64,000 bases of DNA from an uncultured Candidatus Peribacteria bacterium (GTDB taxonomy: Bacteria; Patescibacteriota; Gracilibacteria; RBG-16-42-10), in assembly GCA_964514565.1 (NCBI GenBank), contig CAZERA010000002.1, forward strand, positions 1-64,000. The letters are read 5' to 3'. Numbering within the stretch: position 1 is the first letter of the stretch; each line of letters starts with the position of its first letter. A program made the position numbers and the translations under genes. Shown here one piece after another: positions 58,828 to 64,000 of this stretch. The notes beneath the pieces are model-generated. The model had not been told where the DNA came from and did not search any database. It was given only the letters and a program-made list of their open reading frames with translations.

Positions 58828-61047
58828 ATGGCCAAAAGAAGGAAAAAATCGACTTTCAAAGTACGTATTCCGATTCCAAAACTAAAGTTAAAGAGCTCTA
58901 CCAATAGAGAAATTACCGTGATCTTCTTGATCATTGTAGCGATCTTGACTGCGCTAAGCTTGATTGGTCAGGCCGGTATATTTGGTGTGAATCTAGCCGG
59001 TATGGTAATGCGTCTATTTGGTTATGGTAGCTATGGATTACCTGTAATTCTAGCTATCACCGCCCTACTAATTTTCTTCACCCCAAACTTCAAGCCATCC
59101 TCAGCACGCATGTTCGGTGGTGCTGTTTTTTATTTTTCAATTTTAGGTTTAATCCACAGCGGACTAGCAATAGATACTATTCTAGAAGCCGCTAAAGCTG
59201 GAACATATGGTGGATACGTAGGATTCACGCTTACTACTATCTTGCGTCACTTTATCGGTGATATTGGCAATATTGTAGTATTGATTGCTACTACCTTGAT
59301 CGGTCTCCTCATTACCTTTGATATTTCGATCAAAAAAATATTTGGCTTTATTGAATGGGTACAAGATGATCTCCCTACTCCAGCTGAGATGAGTGCACCA
59401 AAAACACCTAAAAACCAAGCGCCAACCTTGGCCAATACACCCGTGACAGCAAAACCAATTACTAGTGGATTAGCTAGTAGCATAATTCGTCAGCCAGTAA
59501 GCAAACCATCTTTAGCAAAAGCAGGGGACGAGCCTCATAGTACCTTGCCTCCGACCAAAGGTGATTACAAATTCCCTCCGATTAGCTTGCTAATGGACAA
59601 CAATGAATCCCTCCAAGATGATCCCAAAGAAATTCAAGACAATGTGAATAGACTCTATCAGACATTGCTAGAGTTCAACGTCATTCAACCCGAAGACAAT
59701 ATTCATGTAGATGCTAACCTCGGTCCCACGGTCACACAGTACACTTTCACACCTCCATCTGGAGTAAAGCTCAAGAATATTACTTCTTTGGAGAGCGATA
59801 TTGCCCTTAAACTCAAAGCAGAAAGCATTCGTATCGAAGCGCCTATTCCTGGTAAAGACAAAGTAGGTATAGAGATACCAAACAAAAAGCGGGCGATGGT
59901 TCGCCTCAAAGAAGTAATATTGAGCGACAATTTCCAAAACGTAAAATCTCCACTGCGTTTAGCCCTAGGCAAAAATGTAAATAATGAATACGTGACTGCA
60001 GATCTCAAAAAGATGCCCCATTTATTGATTGCCGGTGCCACTGGTTCTGGTAAATCAGTTTGTATGAACACTATTCTAGTAAGCCTACTTTACCAGAATG
60101 CTCCAGAAGATTTACGTTTCATTTTGATCGATCCCAAAAGAGTAGAACTCAATGCTTATCGTGGTATCCCTCATTTACTGACCCCTGTAATCACTGACCC
60201 TGATAAAGCGATCTTGGCTTTACGTTGGGCTGTAGCCGAAATGAATCACCGCTACAAACAGCTTGAAGCAGCAAGTGAAGTCAACATTGAACAATTCAAT
60301 AAAAAGAAGCCTGAGGAAAAGATGCCTTATATTGTGATAGTGATTGATGAATTAGCTGACTTGATGATGGTAGCCTCCAAAGAAATCGAAGCAAGTATCT
60401 GTAGAATCGCTCAAATGGCTCGTGCCGTTGGTATTCATTTGATTGTCGCTACGCAGCGTCCGTCAGTTGATGTGATCACTGGCTTGATCAAAGCCAACAT
60501 TCCCGCCCGTATTGCCTTCACAGTATCATCTGGTATCGATTCTAGGACTATTCTCAACCGTCAGGGCGCAGAGAGCCTACTCGGAGCTGGAGACATGCTC
60601 TACCAGGATCCCAACAACGTACGCTTGATTCGCATCCAAGGTATCTATGTCAGTGGAGACGAAATCAAGAGTGTGACCAATGAAATCAAACTCACAACCC
60701 CTCCTGAGTATCAAACTGATATCATGGAAGAAAAACGCGAAATCCCAGAAGGCTTACCATTTGCTGGTACTCTGGGTATTCTAGGCAGCACCGACAACTT
60801 CGAAGACTCACTAGAAAAAGAGGCAATAGAATTCATCATCCGCTCACAAAAAGCATCAGCCACTTTACTCCAACGCCAACTGCGCATCGGCTACGCACGA
60901 GCAGCTAGACTACTAGATATCCTCGAACAAAAAGGCATAGTAGGACCAGCAGATGGGGCAAAACCCCGAAAGATCATGGTACAAGCGGCACCAATGGCAA
61001 CAGCCAGTATAGAACAGGCATCAGAGGATATTCCGGACTTGATTTAG
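58828..61047 (+). CDS. ftsK: DNA translocase FtsK
   Basis: N-terminal TM domain, IRIEAPIPGK, HLLIAGATGSGKS, IDELADLMM, ATQRPSVDVITG, gamma domain LQRQLRIGYARAARL. Confidence 0.97.
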   Translation: MAKRRKKSTFKVRIPIPKLKLKSSTNREITVIFLIIVAILTALSLIGQAGIFGVNLAGMVMRLFGYGSYGLPVILAITALLIFFTPNFKPSSARMFGGAVFYFSILGLIHSGLAIDTILEAAKAGTYGGYVGFTLTTILRHFIGDIGNIVVLIATTLIGLLITFDISIKKIFGFIEWVQDDLPTPAEMSAPKTPKNQAPTLANTPVTAKPITSGLASSIIRQPVSKPSLAKAGDEPHSTLPPTKGDYKFPPISLLMDNNESLQDDPKEIQDNVNRLYQTLLEFNVIQPEDNIHVDANLGPTVTQYTFTPPSGVKLKNITSLESDIALKLKAESIRIEAPIPGKDKVGIEIPNKKRAMVRLKEVILSDNFQNVKSPLRLALGKNVNNEYVTADLKKMPHLLIAGATGSGKSVCMNTILVSLLYQNAPEDLRFILIDPKRVELNAYRGIPHLLTPVITDPDKAILALRWAVAEMNHRYKQLEAASEVNIEQFNKKKPEEKMPYIVIVIDELADLMMVASKEIEASICRIAQMARAVGIHLIVATQRPSVDVITGLIKANIPARIAFTVSSGIDSRTILNRQGAESLLGAGDMLYQDPNNVRLIRIQGIYVSGDEIKSVTNEIKLTTPPEYQTDIMEEKREIPEGLPFAGTLGILGSTDNFEDSLEKEAIEFIIRSQKASATLLQRQLRIGYARAARLLDILEQKGIVGPADGAKPRKIMVQAAPMATASIEQASEDIPDLI

Positions 61048-61436
61048 GTCAGGGGTACGAGGTCAGAGGGCAGAGGTTTTATTGGTTTCTTTTGCTTGTT
61101 TTTTATAGTTTTTTTGGTTGCAACTAACATCGCTAAAATTCCACCAAGCCTTCTTTCGCAACTTAGCTCTGCTTCAGAACAAATACCACTCAAACGTAAC
61201 AGATCAAACCAATACTTTGTCTCTCTCGCTTCCTTGAGAGCAATATTGACCTTATTAACAAAATCATTCGTGCTTTGAGGATCCACACTCTCTGCTAAAT
61301 TTGCACCAATGCTTGTACCACAACGCAAAAGTTGTTTGGCAATCACATAAGACTTTTTGAATTCAAGACAGCGTACGAGTCGAATAATATCTACACCAAA
61401 CAACAAGGCACTCTCACGCATAGGACTTTTATTCAT
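61044..61436 (-). CDS. Four-helix-bundle protein (23S rRNA IVS protein family, Avd-related)
   Basis: AKQLLRCGTSIGANLAES, DFVNKVNIALKEARETKYWFDLL; ATG at 61436 (MNKSPMRE) preferred. Confidence 0.9.
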   Translation of the reverse strand: MNKSPMRESALLFGVDIIRLVRCLEFKKSYVIAKQLLRCGTSIGANLAESVDPQSTNDFVNKVNIALKEARETKYWFDLLRLSGICSEAELSCERRLGGILAMLVATKKTIKNKQKKPIKPLPSDLVPLT

Positions 61437-61521
61437 AAAAAGGTTGGTCATCAATGCCACAAGAATACCCAATCAATTATGAAATCTTTTCTCCTCAAAA
61501 AAACCTCTGCCCTTTGACCTA
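61045..61521. mobile_element. Putative heptamer-IR-bounded four-helix-bundle element
   Basis: Inverted ends GGTCAGAGGGCAGAGGTTTT (61061-61080) and reverse complement of AAAACCTCTGCCCTTTGACC (61500-61519), 19/20 match; both ends start TAG-GTCA at the stops of the flanking genes; mobility is inferred only. Confidence 0.55.
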
Positions 61522-61758
61522 CTTCACGTCCGTCCCACTATATTCTGCCAACAACGCCTCAATCTCATCAAGCTCTGGTAAGGGTTTATTAAGTAGGTCT
61601 GTATCTACAGTGTCATCTTGAGTGACTAGAGAAGATGATAAAGTCGTACTTGGGGTGGCTAAAATGATTGGCTGCACTAAAAGTGGATCAGAAGACGAAC
61701 AACTACTCAGACCCAACATACTTATGACAGCCAAACTAATAAATAGCTGGTACCGCAT
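61519..61758 (-). CDS. Small putative lipoprotein
   Basis: Lipobox LGLSSC, acidic tail. Confidence 0.55.
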   Translation of the reverse strand: MRYQLFISLAVISMLGLSSCSSSDPLLVQPIILATPSTTLSSSLVTQDDTVDTDLLNKPLPELDEIEALLAEYSGTDVK

Positions 61759-61764
61759 AAATAA

Positions 61765-62538
61765 TTAATTTGCTTTAACGACCGGAAGGGTTTGATACGC
61801 AGTCTTTAGTTGGTTCGCTGCCTCAGTGAGTAATTCATGTGCAGATTTGAGATTGTTTTGTACATCGAGTATAGCAAGCTTGAGGGCATCGAACGCTGCT
61901 TTGCGATCAGCACTCTCTACCAGGGCATCAGCCTTAATAGTAGCATCTGTTAAATCTGTTTTAGCTAATACAATTTTTGCTTTAGCAGCATCGAGCGCTT
62001 TTTCAATGGATATAGTACTTACTCCCTTGGTCTTGAGCTCTGCAACACGTGCATCCATACGGGCAGCAAGGTTACTTAGCTTGCTACTCAGATCATCTAG
62101 TTTGCCATACATACTATCGTAGAACCGTTTAATAGTATCTTTCTTATCTTGAGGTAATGTAATTTCTTTAACAGGTTCTTTTGTTGGCTGCGTAACTGGA
62201 GTAGCTGTAAAACTGGCTACTGGGGTTGCCCTTGAAGTAGCAGTAGGAGTAACAACTGGAGTGGGGGTGACTACGGGCTTAAAAGTGACAATAACAGGCA
62301 AAATATATTTTGTAGTTGGTTTGGGTGTATTTGTAGGACTTGGCACTGCAGTCGGTGTTGCAGCAGGCTGGGCAGTCACGGGCAAAAAGAAGTTTGTGGG
62401 TAAGGTAAAAGTACTTACTCTGGAACCACGGCTGCTATATTCTCTCTCTGATTCTCTTGAAGAAGCATGAGCACTTAAAGGCAGCACTATTTGACTAACT
62501 AACAAACTACCGACAAGGAGAGAATGGAAACGAGACAT
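61765..62538 (-). CDS. Secreted protein with Pro/Thr-rich linker and helical-bundle C-terminus
   Basis: Signal peptide ending AHA, TPT repeats, amphipathic helices. Confidence 0.7.
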   Translation of the reverse strand: MSRFHSLLVGSLLVSQIVLPLSAHASSRESEREYSSRGSRVSTFTLPTNFFLPVTAQPAATPTAVPSPTNTPKPTTKYILPVIVTFKPVVTPTPVVTPTATSRATPVASFTATPVTQPTKEPVKEITLPQDKKDTIKRFYDSMYGKLDDLSSKLSNLAARMDARVAELKTKGVSTISIEKALDAAKAKIVLAKTDLTDATIKADALVESADRKAAFDALKLAILDVQNNLKSAHELLTEAANQLKTAYQTLPVVKAN

Positions 62539-62605
62539 AAGATAAGATAAACGTTCACCAACTAAGTCGTGACTAGGTTACAACAAAACTTAGAATTTGA
62601 CTAGC

Positions 62606-63589
62606 TTATGCTACCATTAAAGTCTTAGCCATTCTTTCTCGAAATGCCTGGCCATCTTTTGCAGACATCATTCTCAGTCCAATTTCCCAATTGCGTATTT
62701 TTTGCTCCACAAAAGCTCTAGCAGCCTTATCACCAGCATCTCCAGCCCCAGGTCCGCCAATAAATATATTAGATTGGAGACATCCATCGCTCTTCCCTAC
62801 TACTGCGTGTCGAATTGGGTACCGGTCTAGCACCCTAGCTACTCCAGGAGCAGCAGATATTACAGAAGCAATACTCATATTTTGAGGATGAGCACCAAAA
62901 GTTTTTAAATATTCAATCACTCTTATCATGCTCCCACCGGTAGCAAACATTGGGTCCACAATCACTAACTCAGTATCACCATTTACCCTCTTGGCGATAT
63001 CATCACCATTATAGTACATACTAGCAGCTCCAGTATGCTCATCGCGAGACAGACCCAAGTGCAAAGTATTACGCAAGCCATACCGATGAGCACTTTCAAT
63101 CGCAGTACAAGCGGCACGCCACAAAAATACACAAACGGTTTTTTCAGGCTTTAGGATAATACCCCTTCCAATCATTCTAGAGAAAATATCATCAAAGATT
63201 AGATTGATCGCTTCATCGAAACTCTCTGGTGACACAACCTCTGTGCCAGGAATATTACCAGATCGGAAGTGAGCATATTCACTAGCTATACTTCCCCCAG
63301 CTTGATTTTTATTGTCGCCATGCAGCTCAGAATAACGTTGAGCAAACTCTGGCCCACTCATATGTCTATCCAATATCCCAATTTCTAAATTAGTTAAAGG
63401 CAAGAAAAGTCCCCCAGCTGGATCCACTCTGGTGAACATCTCTTTTATTAAGCTTTTAGCTCTTGCTTGTAATTCTGCAAAAGGAATCTCAGATACCTTC
63501 GATCTATGTTCATTCCGTGCTTGCCGATGCCCCATCTCCACTTCAGTAATATACTTTACTTGAGCAGCATCCAAGGAAGAACTACGCAT
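62606..63589 (-). CDS. Divergent uracil phosphoribosyltransferase-like protein with N-terminal extension
   Basis: GLSRDEHT, VIVDPMFATGGSM (PRPP loop), PGAGDAGDK. Confidence 0.75.
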   Translation of the reverse strand: MRSSSLDAAQVKYITEVEMGHRQARNEHRSKVSEIPFAELQARAKSLIKEMFTRVDPAGGLFLPLTNLEIGILDRHMSGPEFAQRYSELHGDNKNQAGGSIASEYAHFRSGNIPGTEVVSPESFDEAINLIFDDIFSRMIGRGIILKPEKTVCVFLWRAACTAIESAHRYGLRNTLHLGLSRDEHTGAASMYYNGDDIAKRVNGDTELVIVDPMFATGGSMIRVIEYLKTFGAHPQNMSIASVISAAPGVARVLDRYPIRHAVVGKSDGCLQSNIFIGGPGAGDAGDKAARAFVEQKIRNWEIGLRMMSAKDGQAFRERMAKTLMVA

Positions 63590-63657
63590 AGAAAATTATT
63601 AAGTTCTGCTAACTAATCTAACAGTACTTTTTTCTATCGTCTACAAACTAGATAAAT

Positions 63658-64000
63658 CTATTTCCCATGACACTTCTTGTACTTCTTGCCACTACCACAA
63701 GGACAAAGTGCATTGCGGTCAATAGACTTATCACCTTGCTTGGAAACAGGCATGGGTTTCTTCTCTGCCAAAGAGCTCGTTGTAATATCATCCTCAATCT
63801 CAGCTTGGTTGGTAATTCCTTCTACTGGTGCTGGAGCGGCTTCCATCTGAGGAGCAAATTCTACTTTGTAGATAGTATTGACTACTGAAGCATGAATCAT
63901 CGCTAATAAACGTTGCATAGCGAGGTAAGCTTCTTGCTTGTACTCAACCAATGGATCACGTTGGCCATAAGCCTTTAATGCCACCTTTTCACGCAAGTAC
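63658..64000 (-). CDS. secA: Preprotein translocase SecA, C-terminal part (5' part lies outside the window)
   Basis: LKAYGQRDPLVEYKQEA and SEC-C motif RNALCPCGSGKKYKKCHG. Confidence 0.95.
   Translation of the reverse strand, partial: YLREKVALKAYGQRDPLVEYKQEAYLAMQRLLAMIHASVVNTIYKVEFAPQMEAAPAPVEGITNQAEIEDDITTSSLAEKKPMPVSKQGDKSIDRNALCPCGSGKKYKKCHGK

Noticed and set aside
61044..61436. Diversity-generating retroelement (Avd-like gene)
   Set aside because: No reverse transcriptase in the window, and no template/variable repeat pair differing at adenines was seen.
545..61521. Short repeats as CRISPR arrays
   Set aside because: No run of identical 23-47-nt repeats separated by unique spacers, and no cas genes; the repeats are tandem 6-7-mers.

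Overview
Chromosomal window from an AT-rich bacterium using translation table 11. It most likely belongs to the Patescibacteria/CPR; this is inferred from shortened 16S helices, an unlinked 16S gene, split transketolase, the TrmB/DUF5671/DUF11 gene content and gene starts largely lacking Shine-Dalgarno (SD) motifs. It holds the 3' end of 16S rRNA (no 23S follows), three tRNAs (Ile-GAT, Arg-CCG, Leu-CAG) and about 50 CDS. Core genes include hflX, serS, split tkt, ssb, gpmI, eno, mutY, pth, obgE, pyrG, argS, ftsK, the secA 3' end and a znuABC-like operon. Accessory genes include two giant DUF11/LPKTG surface proteins, two tandem double-HD-domain paralogs and several orphans. The most striking unexplained structure is a dispersed system of short heptamer (and hexamer) tandem arrays in at least five sequence families. 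They often form inverted pairs that fill intergenic gaps from stop codon to stop codon, sometimes enclose REP-like GC palindromes, and sometimes supply protein C-termini. At one locus (61045-61521) such an inverted pair encloses a four-helix-bundle (23S-IVS/Avd-like) gene, which looks like the 'loaded' form of the element. Three candidate structured ncRNAs are also visible: a 6S-like rod at 44153-44330, a ~64-nt hairpin sRNA at 35688-35751 and a structured region at 34165-34340. No CRISPR array, reverse transcriptase, transposase or integrase was seen.
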